A stretch of DNA of 27,020 nucleotides. It comes from Silvanigrellaceae bacterium (GTDB lineage: Bacteria > Bdellovibrionota_B > Oligoflexia > Silvanigrellales > Silvanigrellaceae). The stretch spans positions 1 through 27,020 of the forward strand of contig JBMSQQ010000046.1 of assembly GCA_049423385.1 (NCBI GenBank), given 5' to 3'. This document shows, piece by piece, positions 1 to 9,230 of this stretch. A model generated the notes under the pieces. The model worked only from the letters and a program-made list of their open reading frames with translations. It did no database searches and had not been told where the DNA came from. Position numbers and translations under genes: made by a program. How positions within the stretch are numbered: position 1 is the first letter of the stretch; each line of letters starts with the position of its first letter.

Positions 1-2
1 CA

Positions 3-239
3 TACGAAGCTGCAAGAACGCAACGAACCGCGGCTGCAGCAGAACTTTTCAAGCGTGCCTGTTTGATGGATCAATCTGCTGCCCAGTGTTCATCGGCAGG
101 CAGTGATTCGCGAGGATCCGCGCGTTCCTGTCTCGAGTTGTCTTCCCTTTTGCAACAACTGGGGCAGTTGGAAGAAGCGCGCAGATTCAGGGCATGTGCC
201 TGCGAGCGCAGTTACAAGCCGGCCTGTGTTGTATTGTAA
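3..239 (+). CDS. 3' end of a Sel1/TPR-like Cys-rich helical repeat protein (partial, starts upstream of window)
   Basis: Own translation of frame 3: YEAARTQRTAAAAELFKRACLMD...RSCLELSSLLQQLGQLEEARRFRACACERSYKPACVVL, stop TAA at 237-239. 'A.ELF.RAC' and 'AC...Y..AC' resemble Sel1-like repeats. Confidence 0.6.
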   Translation, partial: YEAARTQRTAAAAELFKRACLMDQSAAQCSSAGSDSRGSARSCLELSSLLQQLGQLEEARRFRACACERSYKPACVVL

Positions 240-249
240 GGAAATAATT

Positions 250-1410
250 TCAAGCTTCCTTGGATTCGGCATTTTCGGTGGAAGTTTCGCTCTCTCCGCC
301 CACAACTGCGGTTGGTGGTTGAGAAGAGTCGAACGAGGTGTCGGTTGCTGCCGTGAACGTTTCCCCTCGATAGTTGATGATGGTTCCTTGCAGGAGACGT
401 TCGATGCGCGTTGTTCGTGCTTCATCTCCGCCGAGGAGCACGATTTTTGTTCGTTGACCGTTTTCACTGCCGACCTTGTTTGCACGCAAGCCGCCATAGA
501 TTTGAATCGTTGACCCCAGAATGGCTCCCGGATTGGACGTGCAGGTCATGTCACCTCCAATGCGAAGTTCTGAAAGCTGGACCGAGTTTTCAACAGTCAG
601 ATTGCCCAAAACTCCCACCTGGCTCACTTGAATGTAGGTCGTCTGGCAATTCCTCCAGAAGCGAAGCGTACCAATCATGTTGGTCTGAATTCCGCCCTTG
701 GCCTGCACATCGCCAAACACTTCAATGTCGGAAGCCTGCCAATGCCCTTCAACCTCCAGATTGCCAAAGACTCGCCATTTCATGGTGCCAATCAGGTCGC
801 TCAGGACGTGCACATTCGAATGGAATTCGCAAACCGAGTATTCGGGGGCGTGGGCTTTTTCGATGACGTAAACCAACTCCAAAGCGACGTTTTGACCATC
901 GACTTTCACCTGGCCCGACGCGAGCGCCATGATTCGTCCGTCCGGCTGAAGCTCGAGTCCGGGTGGAAGGTTCAGGACAATCGGTTCGGGGGTTGGCTCT
1001 TCCTTGGCAGCAATTTCTTCTCCCAGAAGACTGACCCCGGGTTGAGGAGCTGCCGGGGGCACGATACGGATGATGGGTTCATCCTTGACGGCATGGTCGG
1101 CTGGCCGTCGCAACGATTCAACCCATTCCCATCGTCCGGGCTCTGCCTTTCGGGGTGGCTCTCCGCAACAAACCTCGAAATCATCTCCTGCATGAGAGCC
1201 TGTGCGGGCAGCCTCACGGATCACCGTCACCGTGTTCTTGTGTGGAGCAGCCTTGATTTTCATTTGGGTGAGGGTTTCTGCAAGCTCGGAGTGTTTGAGC
1301 TTTGCGAGTGTTGGTGGCACCTTCGCACCCTTCTTGATGACAAGCATCACCTTGTCATCCGAGAGGGTCAGAACGCTGAGCAGTGTGTTGCTGGTTGCCG
1401 ACATCTGCAA
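250..1410 (-). CDS. FapA/DUF342 family beta-solenoid protein (divergent)
   Basis: DGRIMALASGQV, GNLEVEG..ASDIEVFGDVQAKGGI and GAILGSTIQIYGGLRANKVGSENGQRTKI follow the DUF342 pattern. Start is TTG 1410 or ATG 1404, with AAGGA upstream. Confidence 0.75.
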   Translation of the reverse strand: MQMSATSNTLLSVLTLSDDKVMLVIKKGAKVPPTLAKLKHSELAETLTQMKIKAAPHKNTVTVIREAARTGSHAGDDFEVCCGEPPRKAEPGRWEWVESLRRPADHAVKDEPIIRIVPPAAPQPGVSLLGEEIAAKEEPTPEPIVLNLPPGLELQPDGRIMALASGQVKVDGQNVALELVYVIEKAHAPEYSVCEFHSNVHVLSDLIGTMKWRVFGNLEVEGHWQASDIEVFGDVQAKGGIQTNMIGTLRFWRNCQTTYIQVSQVGVLGNLTVENSVQLSELRIGGDMTCTSNPGAILGSTIQIYGGLRANKVGSENGQRTKIVLLGGDEARTTRIERLLQGTIINYRGETFTAATDTSFDSSQPPTAVVGGESETSTENAESKEA

Positions 1411-1420
1411 GGCATCCTTC

Positions 1421-3187
1421 TCAGTTCAAGGGCAGCAAATGTAAAAGAGTTCCCTGGCCTGCGTCGCACAAGGTAAAGATGCCATATTCGGAATCAATGT
1501 TCCAATTTGCGGCGCGACAAAGTTCTGATGCGCTCGACGGAACGAGCAACATTGATTGAGGTTCGTTTTCCATGAAAGAAGCTCCTTCAAACAAAACCAC
1601 CAATTTGTTTTTGTCTGTCACACGGGGCATCAGCCGAACCATTGGTTCCAGTTTTGGAAGGTAGAGCAATTGGCTGCGCTCAGGGATTCGATCGAGTGCC
1701 CAGCCCAATTGTTCCCATAAAAAAAAAGAGCGCAATTCGGTTGCCCCAATCATCGCCAGCAAGGCAAGGAGCATCGCGTTTTGGCGTTTCGGCATCAGAT
1801 CGGAGGCAGGAGACTTGAAAACGCCAACAAGCAGCGCGGCTGCGGCGGCCAGGAGCGTCAGTGATGTCAGCAGGACATGCTTCTTGCAAACCATCAGTAC
1901 CCCGGCAAATGTCGCTGCCAGATCCTTCACAACGGAGGTGGCAGGTGAAAGGATCAGAATCACACCAGCCAAACAGGAAAAGCCAATCACAAGGAACCCT
2001 ATCTTCAACAATGCATCAATCGATTTCGTTGCCTGCGGACGCCTTGCCGCAATTGTTTCCTGCCCTGATTGATTTCCTTGAGCCGAAATGAACGTGAGCG
2101 TGCCCAACAACGCGACGTCAGCCATGAGAATGTTTTTTTGATACAGCAGCAGGTGCAGTCCGGAAAAAATCACAAGCAGGGCTGCAAACAGCTTTTTGTT
2201 GTCTTGTTCCGGCGAATGCTGCCGTGCAACTGGAATCAGGTGCACCGTGCATCGACTTGCCACAAGCAGAAGTGTGAATGAAATTATCTTGAGAACAAGG
2301 TCTGGTCCTGACCATGGCAATGCTGCATAACGTGGTTCATTGACGTACAGCCAACGCTGCGTGAGATGGCTGACAAGGGTTTCAAATGAAGCGTTCGATA
2401 AAAACAACAGAATGAAAATCAGCACCGCCATTGACGAGGCCAGAACAATCCTTCTCAGGTTTGCCATCTTGCTTTTCTGCAGACAGCTCCATGCCAGGGC
2501 CGTCGGCAGCAGCGAATAGGTCCATGTTCTTGAATTTGCAAGTGCAAGGGCAATTGCAAAAATACTCAAATACAAAAATGCACGCCGCTGTTCGGAGTCA
2601 AGTTTGGCATCCACTCCGGGAGCCATGTTGAGGGATGCAATTCCGACCAGGACAAAAAGCTGTTCCAATCCGCCCCAGCGGGTCAAAAGAAGTGCCACGG
2701 TCAGGACCAATGCCGGATGACACGAGAGACTGATCCTGTCGGATTTGCTCAATTTGGAAAACAATAACTGTCGAGTGGGAGACACTGCCCGTGATGCATT
2801 TTTGAACATGAAAAATACGAGGAATGCCAGGGCAAGGCAGAGCAGTCGATGGACAACAAGTTCATCCTGGCCCACGATGGATGCAAACCCGCCGGAGGAG
2901 AGTCTTCGCATGGACGACGCGAGAAAACTGCACAGTTCGCTGAGCCACGGCGGAAGATAGGGTGATTTGTGGATCGTCAATCCTGAATCCGAAAGCCCCT
3001 GGAGCACATCTGTGGTTGTTGGATTGATTGAAAGCAGGCTTGTTTTAAATGACGCGAGAAAGTAAATTTCGTTCCACGTCACAGGTGGCCGCAAGAAAAT
3101 GAACACCGAACAAAATAGCGCGACAAAGCTGATTCTGCGAAGCCAGGGGCTCGAACCGGGCAGGGTCTTGTCGAATTCTGTGTTCAC
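1421..3187 (-). CDS. Polytopic membrane protein, possible degenerate ArnT/GT-C glycosyltransferase-like
   Basis: 588-aa ORF with about a dozen hydrophobic segments and a soluble C-terminus. WNEIYF, KSPYLPPWL, VHRLL and LPWS lie in the order of the ArnT DE..Y / KPPL / ARL / PW motifs. GTG start. Confidence 0.6.
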   Translation of the reverse strand: MNTEFDKTLPGSSPWLRRISFVALFCSVFIFLRPPVTWNEIYFLASFKTSLLSINPTTTDVLQGLSDSGLTIHKSPYLPPWLSELCSFLASSMRRLSSGGFASIVGQDELVVHRLLCLALAFLVFFMFKNASRAVSPTRQLLFSKLSKSDRISLSCHPALVLTVALLLTRWGGLEQLFVLVGIASLNMAPGVDAKLDSEQRRAFLYLSIFAIALALANSRTWTYSLLPTALAWSCLQKSKMANLRRIVLASSMAVLIFILLFLSNASFETLVSHLTQRWLYVNEPRYAALPWSGPDLVLKIISFTLLLVASRCTVHLIPVARQHSPEQDNKKLFAALLVIFSGLHLLLYQKNILMADVALLGTLTFISAQGNQSGQETIAARRPQATKSIDALLKIGFLVIGFSCLAGVILILSPATSVVKDLAATFAGVLMVCKKHVLLTSLTLLAAAAALLVGVFKSPASDLMPKRQNAMLLALLAMIGATELRSFFLWEQLGWALDRIPERSQLLYLPKLEPMVRLMPRVTDKNKLVVLFEGASFMENEPQSMLLVPSSASELCRAANWNIDSEYGIFTLCDAGQGTLLHLLPLN

Positions 3188-4757
3188 GCGCTGGACTCTT
3201 CTCAGTTTCTGGTTTCTGTTTTTGCCATTTCATCAGTCTAACGCAGATGCCGCTGAAAAAGCCAATGCAACCATGTTGCAGGGCAAGCGCGGAGGCGGCG
3301 ATCTTTCTGCAGTGAACGTAGGCGAACCTTCGCTGATGGTGTTGAATTGGGCTGAAGTCAGTCGTTCCGGAGAAGAGCCTCGAACGCGTCCCTTGTTCAA
3401 CCTGCGTGGGCTGTTGGCATTGGCGCAACCATCGTCTGCCGAAGCCCAGCTGAGTGGCGTCAATATAGGTGATTATCTTTATAACCCTGATTCGTATGTT
3501 TCAGTGGAACCGCGCTTGAGTCGGCTTTTGAATCGTTCGGGTCTCGTTTTGCTTCCCGAAAAAAATCTCCGTGCCTATTTTGGACTTTTGCATTCACACA
3601 CGTTTTCCTCCGACGGAATCGGTGATGCCCGCGATGCTTTTCGCATAGCGCGGGACGTTGCCGGTCTGGATTTCTTTGCTGTCACCGATCACGCTGAATA
3701 TTGGTGGAAGAAGGCGTCCAGGGATTGGTCCCGATTGCTGGAACTCGAGAAATCGGAAAGCCGACCCGGTTTTGTTGCACTGGCTGGATTTGAGTACAGT
3801 CATCCCGTTCAGGGACACGTTGTTGTGCTCAATTCTTCGCATTGGACGAGTTTTCTCCAAACACCCACACTGGCCAAGTTTTATGACTGGCTGGCCTCGG
3901 ACAATCAGGCTGGCTCCATTTCGATTTTCGCGCACCCAGGATTTCACAAATATCGAAACTTTTTTGATCTCGGGCATTTCAAGTTTGATTCACGCCTGAA
4001 GTCCAGGTTCGTCGGCGTCGAGACCACCCACAAGAACGTCTGGAGTCGCTCCTTGAAGGGCTACAGTGGGCGAAAGTCTCATCTTGATGAGGCCAGCGAA
4101 CTAGGGTGGTGGCTGGCACCCATGGCCTCCCAGGACAATCACACTCCTTTTTGGGGAGTCAGCGACCAGAGCCGGATTGCAGTGCTGATGGAAGAAGAAC
4201 TGTCACGGGATGCGCTGATGCGCGCACTTGCGCGTCGACATGTCTACTCCACTCAAAGTCCTCAATTGCAGCTGGTGTTGGCGCTTTACAACAAGAGTGA
4301 ACTGGTCGCCGTGATGGGCGACATCAGGAGTCGGGCAAGTGTTTCAGACGAAGGCAACTTTTTGCGTCTGCGGATGATTGAGCCGAATCCCATGCTCAAG
4401 CCGCAAAAAATTGAATTTTTGATTGATGGGCGTGTCGTGCGCTCACTGACTTTTCTGGACAAGCCGTCTTCGCAAGCGGTCATGTATGAAGATTCCGAAG
4501 GTGAGCGGACTCCCTGGTGGGAACGCTTGTTGAACAATGGTTTGGTCACAGAAAAACCATACGACTGGCTGCTCGAGCCATTCGCGCAACTTGAGCCCGA
4601 AATTTTCGAGGTGAACGTTCCACTGTCTTTTCCGCCATGCCCGGTCAAATCAAAATCAGGCAAAAGCAAAGCCTGGACTTTTGGATTGCGCTTTTATCAG
4701 GGCCATAATTTGGACTATCTCACGACCACCGCGCCGATTGTGGTGAAATGCGATTAG
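3180..4757 (+). CDS. Exported PHP-domain metallohydrolase (CehA/McbA-like)
   Basis: YFGLLHSHTFSSDG, DFFAVTDH, GFEYS, GHVVV, FAHPG and SQDNH are PHP metal-binding motifs. The ORF is open from 3099, but GTG 3180 gives a signal-peptide-like N-terminus (FTRWTLLSFWFLFLPFHQSNADA). Start uncertain. Confidence 0.8.
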   Translation: MFTRWTLLSFWFLFLPFHQSNADAAEKANATMLQGKRGGGDLSAVNVGEPSLMVLNWAEVSRSGEEPRTRPLFNLRGLLALAQPSSAEAQLSGVNIGDYLYNPDSYVSVEPRLSRLLNRSGLVLLPEKNLRAYFGLLHSHTFSSDGIGDARDAFRIARDVAGLDFFAVTDHAEYWWKKASRDWSRLLELEKSESRPGFVALAGFEYSHPVQGHVVVLNSSHWTSFLQTPTLAKFYDWLASDNQAGSISIFAHPGFHKYRNFFDLGHFKFDSRLKSRFVGVETTHKNVWSRSLKGYSGRKSHLDEASELGWWLAPMASQDNHTPFWGVSDQSRIAVLMEEELSRDALMRALARRHVYSTQSPQLQLVLALYNKSELVAVMGDIRSRASVSDEGNFLRLRMIEPNPMLKPQKIEFLIDGRVVRSLTFLDKPSSQAVMYEDSEGERTPWWERLLNNGLVTEKPYDWLLEPFAQLEPEIFEVNVPLSFPPCPVKSKSGKSKAWTFGLRFYQGHNLDYLTTTAPIVVKCD

Positions 4758-4809
4758 GCCAGGTCGGCCAGGTCCTGCATTGACTTTCTGAAATGCCCGA
4801 GGCGATTTT

Positions 4810-6504
4810 TCAGCGTGAACGGAATTGTGGGCGAGAGAGGAAAAGTTGCCAGGCAAAAGCGATGGTACCCAAAAGCAGAAGTGGAAAGTCGCCCCACTCT
4901 CCGTAGAGGGTGCGTTCCTCAATCACTGGCAATGCTGCAACGGAATATCCACGCGTCATGAGTCCCAAGGGTTCCGACATGGGTTCGCCGGTTGGGGAAA
5001 GTGCGACGCTCGGACCCGTATTGGCTGCGAGGACGAAGCTTCGTCCGGTTTCGATGGCGCGGAATCGACCCAGTTCAAGAAACTCATAACCGGCGTTGCT
5101 TTTCCACATCCAAAGAAAGTTTGCTTGATTCACAAACAAGGACGCATTCCCTTGAGTGGACTGCGCGCGGGTCAAGTCGGATGAAATCGCATCAAAACAG
5201 ATCAGCGGGGCCACTGCGTCGGTAGGACTGTAGGCCAATCCATCGACACTTTGTCCGCGCCCAACCTTCGAGACATTGTTGACGTTGTCGCGAACCAGGT
5301 CTCCAAGCCAAGGGAACTTGTCTTCAAGAGGAACAGTCTCGCCGAACGGCATGGGCACCCACTTCTTGAAGCTGGGGCTTCTGGAACCATCGGGGCGGAG
5401 CAGGAATGAAATCGAGTACATCGTTGCTTTTCTGGGGCCGAGGATGTCGAGTTCCTGCTTGTCGAATTCGGACGCCTGAACCAGGAGAGGTGCATTCCAT
5501 TCCTTGATTTTTTTCTTGACGATTTCCTGGTCGTCCTTGGACCACGCAAAGTCGAATGGGGCCGTGCTTTCGGGCCAGACAATGAGATCGAATTGAGGAG
5601 CGTCCTTGCGGCTTGCAACCATTTCGTCGGTCAGCTCAATGATCGACGTGAGCGACTGCAGCACGGCGTCCTTGCCAAGTTCCACCTTGCGCGGAAGACC
5701 GGGAAAGCGAAAGTTGGGTTGGACAAATCCAACAGTTGTCTTGCGGGCCAGCTCTTGTCGCTCGCGCATCGACTTCAGGCGCAAATTTCCGGCTCCGAAA
5801 ATCGCAAGCCAACATCCGGCGGTTGCTGCAACGGTGATACCAATCCGGCCCGGATTCCTCGCGGGATCTGAAAAAGCACGCGCGAGAACAAGGTTGCTGC
5901 CGATGACAAGAGCGGTCAGGCCGGATGAGCCAAACCATGCAGCCCATTGCGAGACCGACAAAGAACCATGCATGAGATTGCCGAATGTCCAGTGGAAAAA
6001 ACGTGGGATGACCAATTCGAGGAGCGTGACCGAGAAAACAAGCGTCCATAAAGGGAAAGCAGCGGTCCCGCGCTTTGCGCAGCGAGATGCATTCCAGATG
6101 ACCGGGAACAAGACGAACGGAAAATACAAGCCCGCCAGTATGCAATAAACACCAAACAAAATGCGGGTCACGTTGGGAGACAGTTCGCCAAACAGGACGG
6201 CTGGAACAGTCACCCAGTTGAACGCAAATGCAATCAGGACGGCACCGGTGATCCAACACAAAACAAACGCCTCAAGTCCCCGGGAAAAGGTGGTCACCTG
6301 TCGCAGTGTTGTTGCGTGCGCCCGTTGAGGCGACTGGTAGGTTGTCGGAAGCTTTTCGATGGCAATGAGGAGCGGAACAAGAGCAACCGGTATGACCCAT
6401 GCCCAGGGCGAATTGACAGCAAAGAACCTCGGAAATCCGACAGACGTCAAAAGTCCGCTGACGATCGCTGCCAAAATACTCCAAAACTTGTGGGATCTGA
6501 ACAT
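4810..6504 (-). CDS. lnt: Apolipoprotein N-acyltransferase
   Basis: N-terminal TM helices, VQPN, nitrilase triad in IVWPES / KKWVPMPFGE / PLICFD, RAIETGR..V.AANTG.S, and C-terminal TLYGEWGD. Confidence 0.95.
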   Translation of the reverse strand: MFRSHKFWSILAAIVSGLLTSVGFPRFFAVNSPWAWVIPVALVPLLIAIEKLPTTYQSPQRAHATTLRQVTTFSRGLEAFVLCWITGAVLIAFAFNWVTVPAVLFGELSPNVTRILFGVYCILAGLYFPFVLFPVIWNASRCAKRGTAAFPLWTLVFSVTLLELVIPRFFHWTFGNLMHGSLSVSQWAAWFGSSGLTALVIGSNLVLARAFSDPARNPGRIGITVAATAGCWLAIFGAGNLRLKSMRERQELARKTTVGFVQPNFRFPGLPRKVELGKDAVLQSLTSIIELTDEMVASRKDAPQFDLIVWPESTAPFDFAWSKDDQEIVKKKIKEWNAPLLVQASEFDKQELDILGPRKATMYSISFLLRPDGSRSPSFKKWVPMPFGETVPLEDKFPWLGDLVRDNVNNVSKVGRGQSVDGLAYSPTDAVAPLICFDAISSDLTRAQSTQGNASLFVNQANFLWMWKSNAGYEFLELGRFRAIETGRSFVLAANTGPSVALSPTGEPMSEPLGLMTRGYSVAALPVIEERTLYGEWGDFPLLLLGTIAFAWQLFLSRPQFRSR

Positions 6505-6575
6505 GGTCGGCTTTCAAGTTGAGGGTTTGAGAAAATTCTCCCTATATGTAACATGGTGGGATTGGAGGTCACAAC

Positions 6576-7844
6576 ATGGTGATTTGCAAATTCTCATCGC
6601 ACAATCCTCGTGCACGATCGGTTTCGTTCCTGACGTCTGCAGTGTTGGCGTCATTCGCAGCATCCATGGTGAGTCTGGCAGCAGAACCCAATGCGAAATC
6701 GGAAGCAATCAACAAAGCCACCGAAGCTCAAGCCGCTGAAGCGGAAAAGGGATCGCTCGTTGAAAATCTTCAAGGGCAGAAGCCGCAAATCGACTTTGCC
6801 TCCATGCGCTATGATTTTGGCGAGATTACCCGTGGACAGAAGGTTTCCTACGCATTTGAATTCAAGAATGTTGGCAGCGGTGCATTGCAGATCCGTTCGA
6901 TCCACTCGGCCTGCGGATGCGTCAACACACGGGTCGAACCAAAGGATATCCTCATGCCTGGCGAGAAAGGCAAAATCTCGTTCGAATTCGATTCGTCTCA
7001 TTTCGCCGGCAATATCGTCCGCACTCTGACGGTGGACACCAACCAGACGCGAAACTCGACCCTGACTCTTTCGTTTTCGGCAAACATCCGTGAGGAAATC
7101 AAGGCGACTCCAGCCCTCCTCGGCGTTGGAGAAATTTTGCCGGAATACAACAAGGCGTGGTTGATTCCTTTGCCAACCGGATTGCGCGCGACCGGCAGCG
7201 AATCCGAAACGATTCCTGCCGCTGCTGAAAAAGCCGGTTTGCCTGCAAGTGTGCTCTCGCAACTGAAGGACAGCGGCGAAGTGAAGCCTGTGTCGGTGAC
7301 GACAAGTCATCCATCGATTGCCGCGGAGATCATCCCGCCTGCCGCAAAAGGCAAGGACTACCAGCTGAAAGTCATCTTCAAGGGAGGTCTGCCGATTGGT
7401 CCTCTCCGCGAAAAGGTGAGTGTCTGGAATTCATCCCGGCATTTGAAAGAGCTCATCGTTCCGATCTACGGCGACGTGGTCGGGCATGTGAAGCAAAGCG
7501 CCAAATACATCGAGTTTGGCGTCGTCACACGTCCGGAGGCCGTGCAGAGAACTTTGACCCTCAGTTCCGATCGCAAGGACTTCCTGGTTGAGAGCGTCAC
7601 GGCGGAACTTCGCAGGACCGACTCGCTCGAAGGAGTTGGAATTGCTGATGTCCTGAAATATTCCACTTCGCGCACGGCCACAGGCACCGTCCTCAGTTTT
7701 GAACTGCGCTATCCCGAGAACATTTCCTCGGGCAGCATGCCAGTCAATGCGTCCGGCTTTTTCATCGTCAAGACCAACGACCCCGACTACAAGGAAATGA
7801 AAGTTCCATTTTTTGGGGTTCTCCGCAGGGATACCACCCGATGA
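6576..7844 (+). CDS. DUF1573 (Ig-like) domain exported protein
   Basis: YDFGEI, FEFKNVG..LQI..I.SACGC and PGEKGKI.F.FDS..F.G...RTLTV.TN. Signal-peptide-like N-terminus; GGAGG at 6564-6568. Confidence 0.85.
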   Translation: MVICKFSSHNPRARSVSFLTSAVLASFAASMVSLAAEPNAKSEAINKATEAQAAEAEKGSLVENLQGQKPQIDFASMRYDFGEITRGQKVSYAFEFKNVGSGALQIRSIHSACGCVNTRVEPKDILMPGEKGKISFEFDSSHFAGNIVRTLTVDTNQTRNSTLTLSFSANIREEIKATPALLGVGEILPEYNKAWLIPLPTGLRATGSESETIPAAAEKAGLPASVLSQLKDSGEVKPVSVTTSHPSIAAEIIPPAAKGKDYQLKVIFKGGLPIGPLREKVSVWNSSRHLKELIVPIYGDVVGHVKQSAKYIEFGVVTRPEAVQRTLTLSSDRKDFLVESVTAELRRTDSLEGVGIADVLKYSTSRTATGTVLSFELRYPENISSGSMPVNASGFFIVKTNDPDYKEMKVPFFGVLRRDTTR

Positions 7845-8059
7845 ACGAAACAACACCCGAGTCACCCGTGCCAACTCCAATTGCTCAAGTGCTCACCAGA
7901 GTGCACAAGCTCGATGCAATTCCGGAGCGAACTTTTTGGATTGGCCATATTTCTTTTGGAATCCTTGCTGTTGTTGGTTTGCTGATTATCATATTGGTCC
8001 GCGGGCCCCGTCGTCGGGATGCCCTCATCAGCACCAGCAGTTCCGAAGGAAAGGATTGA
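7841..8059 (+). CDS. Small single-pass membrane protein, hypothetical
   Basis: ATGA overlap with upstream stop; one TM (ISFGILAVVGLLIIILV) followed by RGPRRR; ends 3 nt before the next gene. Confidence 0.65.
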   Translation: MNETTPESPVPTPIAQVLTRVHKLDAIPERTFWIGHISFGILAVVGLLIIILVRGPRRRDALISTSSSEGKD

Positions 8060-8062
8060 GTC

Positions 8063-8746
8063 GTGGGAATTCTCGACGCCTGGCGTGGTTATCGTGCCAA
8101 TCAAAGAAGCAAGTCTTTTGAGAAGATGGGAGATTTGCTCAAAAATCAGGTGACCACAAAAGAGCAGCGCTGGGAAGCCATCGAGGGGCTTGCTTCTGGT
8201 GGGGATTTTTCCCTGGCAGCGCCGCAATTGATGAAAAGGTTTGAATTGGTTGTCGATCATGGAATTGTCGACAAGCGCGAGAAAGACCGTGTGATGGAAA
8301 TCCTCATCGAGCAGGCCGAAATCTCACGGCCGCTCGTGTGTGATGCAGTGCGCAAGCAAAAAAGAATCTCATGGCCTGTGAAGCTGGCCGAGAAAATGCT
8401 TTCGACGGAAGATTACCTCAAGCTGCTTCTCGAGAGTCTGAACACTGAAAACGTGTTGTTCGACGAGACGCTTCATGAGCGCAACATTGAAATTCTTCTG
8501 GCCCTCAAGGAGCTGTCCGATGTTCGTATTGTCGAGCGGACTCGTCTGCTTGTGAAAAGCCGTGATGAGCAGGTCCGAATGGCGGCTTTGGAATGCCTCG
8601 AGGCGCAAGCCCGTGAACACAAAGAAGCCCGCGACTGTCTGTTGGCTCTCTTGGCAGAGCCCCTGACCGATGATAATTCCCGCTTTGTTGGTCTGGTGAA
8701 AACCATCGTTGCCCGGAATAAATGGGAGACGGCCAGTCCACAGTAA
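8063..8746 (+). CDS. HEAT-repeat helical protein
   Basis: GTG start after AAGGA; HEAT-like segments (RWEAIEGL; LVKSRDEQVRMAALECL); operon-like spacing. Confidence 0.7.
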   Translation: MGILDAWRGYRANQRSKSFEKMGDLLKNQVTTKEQRWEAIEGLASGGDFSLAAPQLMKRFELVVDHGIVDKREKDRVMEILIEQAEISRPLVCDAVRKQKRISWPVKLAEKMLSTEDYLKLLLESLNTENVLFDETLHERNIEILLALKELSDVRIVERTRLLVKSRDEQVRMAALECLEAQAREHKEARDCLLALLAEPLTDDNSRFVGLVKTIVARNKWETASPQ

Positions 8747-8758
8747 GGACGAGCCGAT

Positions 8759-9169
8759 ATGCAGCGAGCCCACAAGAGTCCGTTTTTAAGGGGGCTGGGA
8801 CACCTGGCCCTGGTCGTGGACGACCTCGAGAAAGCCAAATGGTTTTATGGAGAGGTCCTGGGTGCCGACGTTGAGGTTTGGCGTGGGACCCAGCTGTTGA
8901 TCCACGTGGGCCCCGACCTCATTGTTGCCAAGCTTTCGAGCGATGCCATCGATCAGGAACGCCAGTCTGGTCCATTCGGACGACAAGTCCTCGATCATTT
9001 CGGGTTCATGGCTGACAGCCCCTCGCAGGTGGATGCCTTGGCAAAGCGATTGAGCGAATCCGGCCTGCAGATTGTCAAAGGGCCATATGACCGCTCGGAT
9101 GGTCGCAGTGTCTATTTCCGGGATCCCTTCGGAAACCTTGTCGAGTATTTGTATTACAAGCCGCGCTGA
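8759..9169 (+). CDS. VOC (glyoxalase/bleomycin resistance) family protein
   Basis: GLGHLALVVDDLEKAKWFYGEVLG, LDHFGF, GRSVYFRDPFGNLVE. Confidence 0.92.
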   Translation: MQRAHKSPFLRGLGHLALVVDDLEKAKWFYGEVLGADVEVWRGTQLLIHVGPDLIVAKLSSDAIDQERQSGPFGRQVLDHFGFMADSPSQVDALAKRLSESGLQIVKGPYDRSDGRSVYFRDPFGNLVEYLYYKPR

Positions 9170-9230
9170 GTCGTGTTCAGCCCGGGACTGAAATTGAATT
9201 TTAAATTGTTTTGATGGTGAATTGGTTCAA

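Noticed and set aside
628..1476. Long antisense ORFs (also 9369-10196, 17690-18433, 23270-24115 and similar)
   Set aside because: Shadow frames opposite well-supported genes, with no motifs of their own.
3099..3187. Both divergent ORFs begin MNTE (11-nt imperfect inverted repeat)
   Set aside because: Short match and the 3099 start is doubtful; no target duplication or other mobile-element sign.
4757..4774. GGCCAGGTC tandem repeat between convergent genes
   Set aside because: Only two 9-nt units, not noticed elsewhere in the window; likely a slippage duplication.
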